From the IMG/VR virus record IMGVR_UViG_2778261667_000017: 64,000 nt of DNA. One strand, written 5' to 3'. The notes under the pieces are model-generated. The model searched no databases and was not told the DNA's origin. It saw only the letters and a list, made by a program, of their open reading frames with translations. Both the position numbers and the translations under genes were made by a program. Positions within the stretch are counted from its first letter, which is position 1. Each line of letters begins with the position of its first letter. This document shows, in pieces, positions 37,937-51,558 of the stretch. Origin of the DNA: a virus (lineage: Duplodnaviria; Heunggongvirae; Uroviricota; Caudoviricetes).

Positions 37937-38836
37937 ATGACAAATACAGCAAAAATACTCAACTTCGGCAGAGGTAACTTTGCCGGACAGGAGCGTAATG
38001 TGGCAGATCTCGATGATGGTTACGCCAGACTATCAAATATGCTGCTTGAGGCTTATTCAGGCGCAGATCTGACCAAGCGACAGTTTAAAGTGCTGCTTGC
38101 CATTCTGCGTAAAACCTATGGGTGGAATAAACCAATGGACAGAATCACCGATTCTCAACTTAGCGAGATTACAAAGTTACCTGTCAAACGGTGCAATGAA
38201 GCCAAGTTAGAACTCGTCAGAATGAATATTATCAAGCAGCAAGGCGGCATGTTTGGACCAAATAAAAACATCTCAGAATGGTGTATCCCTCAAAACGAGG
38301 GAAAATCCCCTAAAACGAGGGATAAAACATCCCTCAAATTGGGGGATTGCTATCCCTCAAAACAGGGGGACACAAAAGACACTATTACAAAAGAAAAAAG
38401 AAAAGATTATTCGTCCGAGAATTCTGGCGAATCCTCTGACCAGCCAGAAAACGATCTTTCTGTGGTTAAACCGGATGCTGCAATTCAGAGCGGCAGCAAG
38501 TGGGGGACAGCAGAAGACCTGACCGCCGCAGAGTGGATGTTTGACATGGTGAAGACTATCGCACCATCAGCCAGAAAACCGAATTTTGCTGGGTGGGCTA
38601 ACGATATCCGCCTGATGCGTGAACGTGACGGACGTAACCATCGCGACATGTGTGTACTGTTCCGCTGGGCATGCCAGGACAACTTCTGGTCCGGTAACGT
38701 GCTTAGCCCGGCCAAACTCCGCGACAAGTGGACCCAGCTCGAAATCAACCGTAACAAGCAACAGGCAGTCGTGACAGCCAGCAAACCAAAACTCGACCTG
38801 ACAAACACAGACTGGATTTACGGGGTGGATCTATGA
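37937..38836 (+). CDS. O: replication initiator O
   Basis: MTNTAKILNFGRGNFAGQERNVADLDDGYARL, lambda O from memory; contains the origin iterons. Confidence 0.9.
   Translation: MTNTAKILNFGRGNFAGQERNVADLDDGYARLSNMLLEAYSGADLTKRQFKVLLAILRKTYGWNKPMDRITDSQLSEITKLPVKRCNEAKLELVRMNIIKQQGGMFGPNKNISEWCIPQNEGKSPKTRDKTSLKLGDCYPSKQGDTKDTITKEKRKDYSSENSGESSDQPENDLSVVKPDAAIQSGSKWGTAEDLTAAEWMFDMVKTIAPSARKPNFAGWANDIRLMRERDGRNHRDMCVLFRWACQDNFWSGNVLSPAKLRDKWTQLEINRNKQQAVVTASKPKLDLTNTDWIYGVDL
38285..38371. repeat. ori-lambda-type iterons (four copies of about 18-20 bp) within O
   Basis: atccctcaaaacgaggga, atcccctaaaacgaggga, atccctcaaattggggga, atccctcaaaacaggggga, followed by an A-rich tract to about 38410. Confidence 0.8.
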
Positions 38837-39534
38837 AAAACATCGCCGCACAGATGGTTAACTTTGACCGTGAGCAGATGCGTCGGATCGCCAACAACAT
38901 GCCGGAACAGTACGACGAAAAGCCGCAGGTACAGCAGGTAGCGCAGATCATCAACGGTGTGTTCAGCCAGTTACTGGCAACTTTCCCGGCGAGTCTGGCT
39001 AACCGTGACCAGAACGAACTGAACGAAATCCGCCGCCAGTGGGTTCTGGCTTTCCGGGAAAACGGGATCACCACAATGGAACAGGTTAACGCAGGAATGC
39101 GCGTAGCCCGTCGGCAGAATCGACCATTTCTGCCATCACCCGGGCAGTTTGTTGCATGGTGCCGGGAAGAAGCATCCGTTATCGCCGGACTGCCAAACGT
39201 CAGCGAGCTGGTTGATATGGTTTACGAGTATTGCCGGAAGCGAGGCCTGTATCCGGATGCGGAGTCTTATCCGTGGAAATCAAACGCGCACTACTGGCTG
39301 GTTACCAACCTGTATCAGAACATGCGGGCCAATGCGCTTACTGATGCGGAATTACGCCGTAAGGCCGCAGATGAGCTTGTCCATATGACTGCGAGAATTA
39401 ACCGTGGTGAGGCGATCCCTGAACCAGTAAAACAACTTCCTGTCATGGGCGGTAGACCTCTAAATCGTGCACAGGCTCTGGCGAAGATCGCAGAAATCAA
39501 AGCTAAGTTCGGACTGAAAGGAGCAAGTGTATGA
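38833..39534 (+). CDS. P: replication protein P (DnaB loader)
   Basis: 233 aa MKNIAAQMVNFDREQMRRIANNMPEQYDEKPQ, lambda P from memory. Confidence 0.9.
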   Translation: MKNIAAQMVNFDREQMRRIANNMPEQYDEKPQVQQVAQIINGVFSQLLATFPASLANRDQNELNEIRRQWVLAFRENGITTMEQVNAGMRVARRQNRPFLPSPGQFVAWCREEASVIAGLPNVSELVDMVYEYCRKRGLYPDAESYPWKSNAHYWLVTNLYQNMRANALTDAELRRKAADELVHMTARINRGEAIPEPVKQLPVMGGRPLNRAQALAKIAEIKAKFGLKGASV

Positions 39535-39821
39535 CGGGCAAAGAGGCAATTATTCATTACCTGGGGACGCATAATAGCTTCTGTGCGCCGGACGTTGCCG
39601 CGCTAACAGGCGCAACAGTAACCAGCATAAATCAGGCCGCGGCTAAAATGGCACGGGCAGGTCTTCTGGTTATCGAAGGTAAGGTCTGGCGAACGGTGTA
39701 TTACCGGTTTGCTACCAGGGAAGAACGGGAAGGAAAGATGAGCACGAACCTGGTTTTTAAGGAGTGTCGCCAGAGTGCCGCGATGAAACGGGTATTGGCG
39801 GTATATGGAGTTAAAAGATGA
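39531..39821 (+). CDS. ren: Ren
   Basis: 96 aa MTGKEAIIHYLGTHNSFCAPDVAALTGATV, lambda Ren from memory. Confidence 0.8.
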   Translation: MTGKEAIIHYLGTHNSFCAPDVAALTGATVTSINQAAAKMARAGLLVIEGKVWRTVYYRFATREEREGKMSTNLVFKECRQSAAMKRVLAVYGVKR

Positions 39822-39894
39822 CCATCTACATTACTGAGCTAATAACAGGCCTGCTGGTAATCGCAGGCCTTTTTATTTGGGGGAGAGGGAAGTC

Positions 39895-40335
39895 ATGAAA
39901 AAACTAACCTTTGAAATTCGATCTCCAGCACATCAGCAAAACGCTATTCACGCAGTACAGCAAATCCTTCCAGACCCAACCAAACCAATCGTAGTAACCA
40001 TTCAGGAACGCAACCGCAGCTTAGACCAAAACAGGAAGCTATGGGCCTGCTTAGGTGACGTCTCTCGTCAGGTTGAATGGCATGGTCGCTGGCTGGATGC
40101 AGAAAGCTGGAAGTGTGTGTTTACCGCAGCATTAAAGCAGCAGGATGTTGTTCCTAACCTTGCCGGGAATGGCTTTGTGGTAATAGGCCAGTCAACCAGC
40201 AGGATGCGTGTAGGCGAATTTGCGGAGCTATTAGAGCTTATACAGGCATTCGGTACAGAGCGTGGCGTTAAGTGGTCAGACGAAGCGCGACTGGCTCTCG
40301 AATGGAAAGCGCGATGGGGAGACAGGGCGGCATGA
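39895..40335 (+). CDS. ninB: NinB recombination protein
   Basis: [28 protein letters not shown], lambda NinB from memory. Confidence 0.85.
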   Translation: MKKLTFEIRSPAHQQNAIHAVQQILPDPTKPIVVTIQERNRSLDQNRKLWACLGDVSRQVEWHGRWLDAESWKCVFTAALKQQDVVPNLAGNGFVVIGQSTSRMRVGEFAELLELIQAFGTERGVKWSDEARLALEWKARWGDRAA

Positions 40336-40508
40336 GACGACAGCGACGAAGTATCACCGACATCATCTGCGAAAACTGCAAATACCTTCCAACGAAGCGC
40401 TCCAGAAATAAACGCAAGCCAATCCCAAAAGAATCTGACGTAAAAACCTTCAATTACACAGCTCACCTGTGGGATATCCGGTGGCTAAGATATTGTGCGA
40501 GGAAATGA
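40332..40508 (+). CDS. NinD-like small protein
   Basis: [24 protein letters not shown]; small basic protein in the nin region. Confidence 0.5.
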   Translation: MRRQRRSITDIICENCKYLPTKRSRNKRKPIPKESDVKTFNYTAHLWDIRWLRYCARK

Positions 40509-40510
40509 CA

Positions 40511-40852
40511 ATGGATTATTCACAGTTAAGTGATTTTGAAATTAACAGAATGGTAGGAGACATAATTTTTAAAGGCCTTTGGGCAAGTAAACCGGAAACA
40601 TCAGGGAATAACACCAACAAATGGTATTACGGAAATGCTGATACAACTTTTGAGCCATTAAATCATTTGCCTGACTACTGCAATGATCCGAGCGCTTCAT
40701 GGCCGATTATTGAGAAATACAGGATTTCTATCTTAGACCAGTTAACTGAATGGTGTGTGGATGCAAAAGGCGTAAGCCCAATATTTGATACCAGACCTCT
40801 CCGCGCCGCCATGATTGTCTTTCTCCTGATGCAGGAGGCCAATAATGCTTAG
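40511..40852 (+). CDS. hypothetical nin-region protein
   Basis: 113 aa [18 protein letters not shown]. Confidence 0.45.
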   Translation: MDYSQLSDFEINRMVGDIIFKGLWASKPETSGNNTNKWYYGNADTTFEPLNHLPDYCNDPSASWPIIEKYRISILDQLTEWCVDAKGVSPIFDTRPLRAAMIVFLLMQEANNA

Positions 40853-41066
40853 CCCATCTCAATCCCTTCAATCCCTTCAATCCCTTCAATCCCTTCAATA
40901 CCTGAAAGGAAGCATAGAGCGGGCTTCAATGTGCACAGAGTGGATTCTATCTAGGTTTAGCGCATACAGAAGATTGCCGGTAAAGGGCATGCCAAGCAAG
41001 TCGATGCTGCATATGCAAAAGAATGCGCGCTGGAAGGTATGGCGAGAACACAGGTTATCTGGCTGA
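40845..41066 (+). CDS. hypothetical small protein containing an in-frame SLQ x4 repeat
   Basis: 73 aa; 9 bp tandem repeat at 40861..40896. Confidence 0.35.
   Translation: MLSPSQSLQSLQSLQSLQYLKGSIERASMCTEWILSRFSAYRRLPVKGMPSKSMLHMQKNARWKVWREHRLSG
40861..40896. repeat. 9 bp tandem repeat (aatcccttc x4)
   Basis: Four perfect tandem copies read directly from the sequence. Confidence 0.9.
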
Positions 41067-41085
41067 AAGAGGGGGTTATTAAGGC

Positions 41086-41448
41086 GTGAATACCTACAGC
41101 ATCACATTACCCTGGCCTCCGAGCAATAATCGCTATTACCGCCATAATCGCGGGCGCACGCACGTCAGCGCAGAGGGGCAGGCATACCGCGATAACGTCG
41201 CCCGAATCATTAAAAACGCAATGCTGGATATCGGCCTGGCTATGCCTGTGAAAATCCGCATTGAGTGCCACATGCCGGATCGCCGTCGCCGTGACCTGGA
41301 TAATCTGCAAAAAGCCGCTTTTGACGCACTCACTAAAGCAGGTTTCTGGCTGGATGATGCTCAGGTCGTTGATTACCGCGTTGTGAAGATGCCTGTTACC
41401 AAAGGTGGGAGGCTGGAACTGACCATCACCGAAATGGGGAATGAATGA
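41086..41448 (+). CDS. rusA: RusA Holliday-junction resolvase
   Basis: 120 aa [26 protein letters not shown], matches K-12 DLP12 RusA from memory. Confidence 0.9.
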   Translation: MNTYSITLPWPPSNNRYYRHNRGRTHVSAEGQAYRDNVARIIKNAMLDIGLAMPVKIRIECHMPDRRRRDLDNLQKAAFDALTKAGFWLDDAQVVDYRVVKMPVTKGGRLELTITEMGNE

Positions 41449-41585
41449 TGTTTGAGTTTAATATGGCAGAACTTCTTCGCCACCGCTGGGGGCGTCTGCG
41501 CTTATATCGTTTCCCCGGTTCTGTTTTGACCGATTACCGAATACTGAAGAATTACGCCAAAACACTGACAGGAGCAGGAGTATGA
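41445..41585 (+). CDS. ylcG: YlcG-like small protein
   Basis: [27 protein letters not shown]; below the ORF-track cut-off; end coordinate approximate. Confidence 0.45.
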   Translation: MMFEFNMAELLRHRWGRLRLYRFPGSVLTDYRILKNYAKTLTGAGV

Positions 41586-41670
41586 AGTCAGAGATAACAA
41601 TCAACTAATACTGTTTTGTTGATTTTTGCTTGTAATTGGCGTTCTGGTCTGAGTTTTGTGGAGTAAGTTG

Positions 41671-42048
41671 ATGCGTGATATTCAGATGGTTCTTGAGCGT
41701 TGGGGAGCGTGGGCGGCTAATAATCATGAAGATGTGACCTGGTCGTCCATTGCCGCCGGTTTTAAGGGATTAATTCCTTCAAAAGTAAAATCTCGCCCAC
41801 AATGTTGTGACGATGACGCGATGATCATTTGCGGGTGCATGGCCCGTCTGAAAAAGAACAACAGCGATTTGCATGATTTATTGGTGGACTATTATGTCGG
41901 CGGCATGACTTTTATGGCGCTTGCACGTAAGCATGGGCGATCTGATTGTTGGGTTGGCAGGATGCTCCAGAAAGCTGAGGGCGTAGTGGAGGGTATGCTG
42001 ATGGTGTTGGATCTCCGATTGGAGATGGATGCTGATTGTTCGAAATAA
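41671..42048 (+). CDS. late-gene antiterminator Q (QuuD-like)
   Basis: [36 protein letters not shown]; paralog of the prophage A Q. Confidence 0.85.
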   Translation: MRDIQMVLERWGAWAANNHEDVTWSSIAAGFKGLIPSKVKSRPQCCDDDAMIICGCMARLKKNNSDLHDLLVDYYVGGMTFMALARKHGRSDCWVGRMLQKAEGVVEGMLMVLDLRLEMDADCSK

Positions 42049-42146
42049 TTAAAGGAAAAGTTGCTGTCTGATTGTCATTAGTCTAACATTTTAAATGTTG
42101 GAATCGCAACGTAGTTATTATCATATAACAGCTTGTTTCCTGATTT

Positions 42147-42176
42147 AGCCAGCCTCCCCAAAGGCTGGTTTTTTTC
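42147..42176 (+). terminator. intrinsic terminator downstream of Q (tR'-like)
   Basis: ccagcct-ccccaa-aggctgg hairpin followed by a run of seven T. Confidence 0.55.
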
Positions 42177-42203
42177 TAATAAGTATTATTTCGAGTAGGG
42201 ATT

Positions 42204-42728
42204 TTATTGTTTAACCCATAATAATTCATTGACATTGAATCCCAACTTTTGAGCGGTTCGCACATAGTCTGCTTTTACTTTATCTGGAATAGTTGGGGTC
42301 CTTGCCAGAATCCATAGGTATTCTCTGTTCGGACCACTGACAAGAGCATACTTATACTCATCATCCAGTTTGATTACATTATAGCCACCATAGAAGGGGC
42401 CAAAAAACGAAACCTTCAACGCTGCAGTTTTAGTATCTCCAGTAAAGTATGCTTTACCTTCGCTCTCGCTCCATTTATTTTTCGTTGGATCGTATCCACG
42501 GTTAAGTACACGAATCCCTCCGTCGTTCCGTTTTCCATAAGTAGCGCTGACCTGTTCCAGACCACGTTCGAACCGGTTCTCGAGGCGAGCTATTTCATAC
42601 CACTTTCCGAGGTAGCGGTTGGCGTCAAAATTTGTAATCGGCTGCACACCTTTAGGTGGTGTCGGGGCCTTACATGCTATAAGAGTGAAAGAGAGTGCAA
42701 TGCCAGTCAACACAGGCCATAACATCAT
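42204..42728 (-). CDS. outer-membrane lipocalin lipoprotein (Blc-like)
   Basis: 174 aa; lipobox LIAC; NFDANRYLGKWYEIARLENRFERG and SFFGPFYGGYNVI resemble E. coli Blc from memory. Confidence 0.75.
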   Translation of the reverse strand: MMLWPVLTGIALSFTLIACKAPTPPKGVQPITNFDANRYLGKWYEIARLENRFERGLEQVSATYGKRNDGGIRVLNRGYDPTKNKWSESEGKAYFTGDTKTAALKVSFFGPFYGGYNVIKLDDEYKYALVSGPNREYLWILARTPTIPDKVKADYVRTAQKLGFNVNELLWVKQ

Positions 42729-42920
42729 AATAAATCCTGTACTTTTGATAGTTGAGAGTAAGTATGAAAGATAGATGATTACGACCGATCACTTAAAGAA
42801 CTTTCATACTATATTAGGAATAGTCCATAACAGAAAAATTGTCAGTGATGACGCCATAAAGGCAATTTAGTCCGTGCACTACACAGTTTATGTGTTAATG
42901 AATTAGTCAAGGGGGAGGAT

Positions 42921-43880
42921 ATGATAAAAAAACCTGTGATTGGAATCAGCGGTTGTTTGGCCGGTTCTGCTGTTCGTTTTGATGGTGGTCACAAAAGAGC
43001 TGACTTTTTAATGGACAAATTAGTGGAATGGGTAACATTCAGACCAGTATGTCCGGAAATGGCTATAGGGCTGCCAGTTCCGCGTCCTGCTCTACGTCTT
43101 GTGCGCTCGACGCAAGGAAATATACGGATGTGTTTCAGCCACGACCAGAATGAGGATGTGACAGAGAGAATGACAGAGTTTAGTCGTTCTTATATGGACA
43201 AATTAAAGGATGTATCGGGGTTTGTGGTTTGTGCTAAATCTCCCAGCTGTGGCATGGAGCGCGTGCGTGTCTATGATGAAAATGGTAATCGAGGTCGTAA
43301 AGATGGAGTGGGACTATTTACGAGCACTTTGATGGAAAAGTTTTCCTGGCTACCGGTTGAAGAGGATGGGCGATTACATGATCCAGTGCTTCGTGAGAAT
43401 TTTGTTGAAAGAGTTTTTGCTTTGCATGAGCTCAATCACCTTTACAAGGAGAAATTATCAAGAAGAGAGTTATTAGCTTTTCATAGTCGTTATAAGCTTC
43501 AGTTGTTGGCGCATAGTCAGGCAGGCTATAAAGATATGGGACCATTTGTGGCTGCAATACACGAGTGGGCGGACCTTGAATCATACTTTGAGGTGTATCG
43601 TGATAAGCTGATGGCGATTCTCAGAAAACCTGCATCACGTAAAAATCACACGAATGTGCTGATGCATATACAGGGGTATTTTAGTAACTACTTAAGTACA
43701 CGCCAGCGTAAAGAGTTGAGCGAGGTTATACTTAACTATCGTTCTGGCACATTACCTCTTCTTGCGCCGTTGACTCTGCTGAAGCATTATCTGGGTGAGT
43801 ATCCTAATGATTACTTGCTTACACAGAATTACTTCGATCCCTATCCGGACGAACTGGCTCTAAGACTGATGGTAAATTAA
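42921..43880 (+). CDS. DUF523/DUF1722 two-domain protein (YbgA/TudS-like)
   Basis: 319 aa; N-terminus PVIGISGCLAGSAVRFDGGHKR typical of DUF523 as I recall it. Confidence 0.6.
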   Translation: MIKKPVIGISGCLAGSAVRFDGGHKRADFLMDKLVEWVTFRPVCPEMAIGLPVPRPALRLVRSTQGNIRMCFSHDQNEDVTERMTEFSRSYMDKLKDVSGFVVCAKSPSCGMERVRVYDENGNRGRKDGVGLFTSTLMEKFSWLPVEEDGRLHDPVLRENFVERVFALHELNHLYKEKLSRRELLAFHSRYKLQLLAHSQAGYKDMGPFVAAIHEWADLESYFEVYRDKLMAILRKPASRKNHTNVLMHIQGYFSNYLSTRQRKELSEVILNYRSGTLPLLAPLTLLKHYLGEYPNDYLLTQNYFDPYPDELALRLMVN

Positions 43881-44221
43881 TTGTATGCGATATCATCCAA
43901 AAGGATGAGTTCCTGCATGCAGGATATTTACAATCGTAAAAACCACACTATGATACCCAGAGTGTCAGTTTGTATAAAAACTCTGTTTACGCTGAAGAAA
44001 CAATTGAGATGCAACTTAAAGTTGGTAAACATGCCAGTCAAAATATATAATATTATGATTCCACGCAGCTATATATAATATAACAGATTGGTTTAATAAT
44101 TTGTCTTTGTGAGTTAAATACATAATTTTATACTTGTGATGCAATGAAATTTTCCTTATTGTTGAACTGGCGAATATTGATTTTCCACCTATACTTACCT
44201 GTGTAACCCCAATGATATCAG

Positions 44222-44962
44222 GTGGATAATATGCCATACATATGTTCTATCATTTTGGTGTTGAACTCGTTTGATGTCCGAATTGGTAAAGAAGATATTT
44301 TGTTTAAAAAAGGAAGTGCTGTTCTCATTGATTACAATTTAAAAGATTTTTTTTCATCAAATATAGATCATGTAATGATCGTAGATGTTGAAGAGAAAAC
44401 AGTTAATGATTTCTTTAAAAGCAACACACTCTCACCTTTTTCTGTAAGAAGGTTTTATCCGGCATACTTGATGGTGGAATGTGAAGATTTTTCATTGTTA
44501 AAGAACTTGATTGCATGCTTGAATTGTGATGGCAGAACTGTGGATTTTGTTAGAAATCAAATATCACTTGCATGTCTTGCTATCTTATCTTCAGAGAAAA
44601 TAGTGCAAAGTTTTTTATTTGGATGTCTTAATAGTTTAGGAAGTAAAGTTAAGGCTATTATTCACACGGATATATCTGCAGCATGGAGACTTTGTGATAT
44701 ATCTTCAAGACTGTATCTGAGTGAAAGTCTGTTAAAAAGAAAATTAAAGCACGAAGGCTTATCATTTAGTAAGTTAATTCTTGAAGAGCGAATGGTGATG
44801 GCGGAAAGGTTATTAAGCTACAATTTATATTCTGTTGGAAAAGTTGCTGAGATATGCGGTTATGAAAACACGTCATATTTTGTAAGTGTTTTCAGAAGGT
44901 ATTTTGGTGTTCCTCCCCATCAATATTCATCAAGATTTTTTTTAGAAAAAGACATGATGTAA
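44222..44962 (+). CDS. AraC-family transcriptional regulator (AppY/GadX-like)
   Basis: 246 aa, AT-rich; C-terminal helix-turn-helix VAEICGYENTSYFVSVFRRYFGVPPHQY. Confidence 0.75.
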   Translation: MDNMPYICSIILVLNSFDVRIGKEDILFKKGSAVLIDYNLKDFFSSNIDHVMIVDVEEKTVNDFFKSNTLSPFSVRRFYPAYLMVECEDFSLLKNLIACLNCDGRTVDFVRNQISLACLAILSSEKIVQSFLFGCLNSLGSKVKAIIHTDISAAWRLCDISSRLYLSESLLKRKLKHEGLSFSKLILEERMVMAERLLSYNLYSVGKVAEICGYENTSYFVSVFRRYFGVPPHQYSSRFFLEKDMM

Positions 44963-45149
44963 CGTGATGCGTTTTAATGATTTTGTAATTTTCGTATTTG
45001 ATAATTGTATGATGCTTTCAGCTACGCCAGAATAATCGCGGCGTTTTTCTTTTTGAATAGATGTTCAAGCCTTACGCTAATGTAACTTCTATACCTTTCC
45101 TCTTCGTTCCGAACCGTGTACACCATCCGTTATTTGCGGAGGTGAGGCT

Positions 45150-45365
45150 ATGAAATCCATGGATAAGTTAACAACGGGCATTGCCTACGGCACCTCCGCA
45201 GGCAGTGCTGGCTACTGGTTTTTACAGCTGCTCGATAAAGTCACGCCCTCACAGTGGGCAGCAATAGGTGTGCTGGGTAGCTTGGTATTTGGCCTGCTGA
45301 CGTACCTGACAAACCTTTATTTCAAGATTAAAGAAGATAAGCGCAAGGCTGCGAGAGGTGAATAA
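45150..45365 (+). CDS. pinholin (phage 21 S-like) with dual-start motif MKSM
   Basis: 71 aa [31 protein letters not shown], phage 21 S from memory. Confidence 0.85.
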   Translation: MKSMDKLTTGIAYGTSAGSAGYWFLQLLDKVTPSQWAAIGVLGSLVFGLLTYLTNLYFKIKEDKRKAARGE

Positions 45366-45862
45366 TGCCTCCATCATTACGAAAAGCCGTTGCTGCTGCT
45401 ATTGGTGGCGGAGCAATTGCTATAGCATCAGTGTTAATCACTGGCCCAAGTGGTAACGATGGTCTGGAAGGTGTCAGCTACATACCATACAAAGATATTG
45501 TTGGTGTATGGACTGTATGTCACGGGCATACAGGAAAAGACATCATGCTCGGTAAAACGTATACCAAAGCAGAATGCAAAGCCCTCCTGAATAAAGACCT
45601 TGCCACGGTCGCCAGACAAATTAACCCGTACATAAAAGTTGATATACCGGAAACAACGCGCGGCGCTCTTTACTTGTTCGTTTACAACGTGGGCGCTGGC
45701 AATTTCAGAACATCGACGCTTCTTCGCAAAATAAACCAGGGCGATATCAAAGGCGCATGTGATCAGCTACGTCGCTGGACATATGCTGGCGGTAAGCAAT
45801 GGAAAGGTCTCATGACTCGTCGTGAGATTGAGCGTGAAATCTGTTTGTGGGGTCAGCAATGA
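45365..45862 (+). CDS. SAR endolysin (phage 21 R-like lysozyme)
   Basis: 165 aa; N-terminal signal-anchor-release segment [18 protein letters not shown]. Confidence 0.85.
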   Translation: MPPSLRKAVAAAIGGGAIAIASVLITGPSGNDGLEGVSYIPYKDIVGVWTVCHGHTGKDIMLGKTYTKAECKALLNKDLATVARQINPYIKVDIPETTRGALYLFVYNVGAGNFRTSTLLRKINQGDIKGACDQLRRWTYAGGKQWKGLMTRREIEREICLWGQQ

Positions 45863-46320
45863 ACAGAGTAACCGCGATTATCTCCGCTCTGGTTATCTGC
45901 ATCATCGTTTGCCTGTCATGGGCTGTTAATCATTACCGTGATAACGCCATTACCTACAAAGCCCAGCGCGACAAAAATGCCAGAGAACTGAAGCTGGCGA
46001 ACGCGGCAATTACTGACATGCAGATGCGTCAGCGTGATGTTGCTGCGCTCGATGCAAAATACACGAAGGAGTTAGCTGATGCGAAAGCTGAAAATGATGC
46101 TCTGCGTGATGATGTTGCCGCTGGTCGTCGTCGGTTGCACATCAAAGCAGTCTGTCAGTCAGTGCGTGAAGCCACCACCGCCTCCGGCGTGGATAATGCA
46201 GCCTCCCCCCGACTGGCAGACACCGCTGAACGGGATTATTTCACCCTCAGAGAGAGGCTGATCACTATGCAAAAACAACTGGAAGGAACCCAGAAGTATA
46301 TTAATGAGCAGTGCAGATAG
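45847..46320 (+). CDS. i-spanin Rz
   Basis: 157 aa [36 protein letters not shown], lambda Rz from memory. Confidence 0.9.
   Translation: MGSAMNRVTAIISALVICIIVCLSWAVNHYRDNAITYKAQRDKNARELKLANAAITDMQMRQRDVAALDAKYTKELADAKAENDALRDDVAAGRRRLHIKAVCQSVREATTASGVDNAASPRLADTAERDYFTLRERLITMQKQLEGTQKYINEQCR
46079..46261 (+). CDS. o-spanin Rz1 lipoprotein, embedded in Rz
   Basis: 60 aa; lipobox VVGC, proline-rich; +1 frame inside Rz. Confidence 0.8.
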   Translation: MRKLKMMLCVMMLPLVVVGCTSKQSVSQCVKPPPPPAWIMQPPPDWQTPLNGIISPSERG

Positions 46321-46351
46321 AGCTGCCCATATCGATGGGCAACTCATGCAA

Positions 46352-46645
46352 TTATTGTGAGCAATACACACGCGCTTCCAGCGGAGTATAAATGCCTAAA
46401 GTAATAAAACCGAGAAATCCATTTACGAATGTTTGCTGGGTTTCTGTTTTAACAACATTTTCTGCGCCGCCACAAATTTTGGCTGCATCAACAGTTTTCT
46501 CCTGTCCAATTCCCGAAACGAAGAAATGATGGGTGATGGTTTCCTTTGGTGTTACTGCTGTCGGTTTGTTTCCAACAGTAAACGTCTGTTGAGCACATCC
46601 TGTAATAAGCATTGCCAGAGCGGCAGAAAACAACATTTTTTTCAT
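46352..46645 (-). CDS. bor: Bor lipoprotein (serum-resistance family)
   Basis: MKKMLFSAALAMLITGCAQQTF; start at the internal Met; lambda Bor-like. Confidence 0.8.
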   Translation of the reverse strand: MKKMLFSAALAMLITGCAQQTFTVGNKPTAVTPKETITHHFFVSGIGQEKTVDAAKICGGAENVVKTETQQTFVNGFLGFITLGIYTPLEARVYCSQ

Positions 46646-46812
46646 CTTATTATCCTGCATTGTTAAAAACGGCAGAATCCTATGTGACAACAATTAAACG
46701 ATAGTTAAATGGATTGATGAAAATTAAAACTATATAGGTGGATGCTCAGCCTATTGGAGGAGGGGGGGCACTCAGAATCCTGTGGAATGAAATAAACCGC
46801 TCTATCTGTCCA

Positions 46813-47037
46813 TTACCCTTTTAGCTGCGCTGTATCGTCGCCGTATTCCCGCATTAACCATGACCGTAGCCCGACGGGGAATTCCTTCTGCGTGAGTGTG
46901 CGGGAATAATCAAAAACGATGCTCACCGGGTTTTTACCGCGTTTATGGTTCGCGGGGGTGTCCCTCATGCTCGCCAGTCCTGTGCGGGGGTGGAAGAAAC
47001 AGGACGTGTATTCAGGTCTGTGTGACTGTGGTCGCAA
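46813..47037 (-). CDS. hypothetical ORF between bor and cos
   Basis: 74 aa ORF, GC-rich; may be non-coding. Confidence 0.25.
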   Translation of the reverse strand: MRPQSHRPEYTSCFFHPRTGLASMRDTPANHKRGKNPVSIVFDYSRTLTQKEFPVGLRSWLMREYGDDTAQLKG

Positions 47038-47122
47038 GACTTTTGTCGTTCAGCTATGAAATCCCATTACGAAGTAGACCAGAACGGCCAACGGGTCCTT
47101 TCCGGCGATCCGACAGGTTACG

Positions 47123-47134
47123 GGGCGGCGACCT
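47123..47134. other. cosN cohesive-end site (gggcggcgacct), with cosB immediately downstream to about 47300
   Basis: Exact lambda left-end 12-mer, preceded by cgacaggttacg (lambda right end) and followed by the lambda cosB region, all from memory. Confidence 0.85.
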
Positions 47135-47311
47135 CGCGGGTTTTCGCTATTTATGAAAATTTTCCGGTTTAAGGCGTTTCCGTTCTTCTTCGTCGTAACT
47201 TAATGTTTTTATTTAAAATACCCCCTGAAAAGAAAGGAAACGACAGGTGCTGAAAGCGAGCTTTTTGGCCTCTGTCGTTTCCTTTCTCTGTTTTTGTCCG
47301 TGGAATGAGCA

Positions 47312-47831
47312 ATGGAAGTCAACAAAAAGCAGCTGGCTGACATTTTCGGTGCGAGTATCCGTACCATTCAGAACTGGCAGGAACAGGGAATGCCCGTTCT
47401 GCGAGGCGGTGGCAAGGGTAATGAGGTGCTTTATGACTCTGCCGCCGTCATAAAATGGTATGCCGAAAGGGATGCTGAAATTGAGAACGAAAAGCTGCGC
47501 CGGGAGGTTGAAGAACTGCGGCAGGCCAGCGAGGCAGATCTCCAGCCAGGGACTATTGAGTACGAACGCCATCGACTTACGCGTGCGCAGGCCGACGCAC
47601 AGGAACTGAAGAATGCCAGAGACTCCGCTGAAGTGGTGGAAACCGCATTCTGTACTTTCGTGTTGTCGCGGATCGCAGGTGAAATTGCCAGTATTCTCGA
47701 CGGGATCCCCCTGTCGGTGCAGCGGCGTTTTCCGGAACTGGAAAACCGACATGTTGATTTCCTGAAACGGGATATCATCAAAGCCATGAACAAAGCAGCC
47801 GCGCTGGATGAACTGATACCGGGGTTGCTGA

Positions 47832-47857
<26 letters not shown>
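47312..47857 (+). CDS. nu1: terminase small subunit Nu1
   Basis: MEVNKKQLADIFGASIRTIQNWQEQGMPV, lambda Nu1 from memory. Confidence 0.95.

Positions 47858-51538
<3,681 letters not shown>

Positions 51539-51558
<20 letters not shown>

Noticed and set aside
40855-40900. Possible CRISPR-like repeat
   Set aside because: Only a 9 bp unit repeated four times with no spacers; it is a simple tandem repeat inside an ORF.
43881-44237. Small ORFs (65 aa plus strand, 73 aa minus strand) in the AT-rich region upstream of the AraC-type gene
   Set aside because: Mutually overlapping, very AT-rich with low-complexity codons; more likely the promoter region of the regulator.
46813-47156. ORFs between bor and cos (74 aa minus strand, 86 aa plus strand)
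   Set aside because: They overlap each other and lie next to the cos region; kept only as one low-confidence feature.
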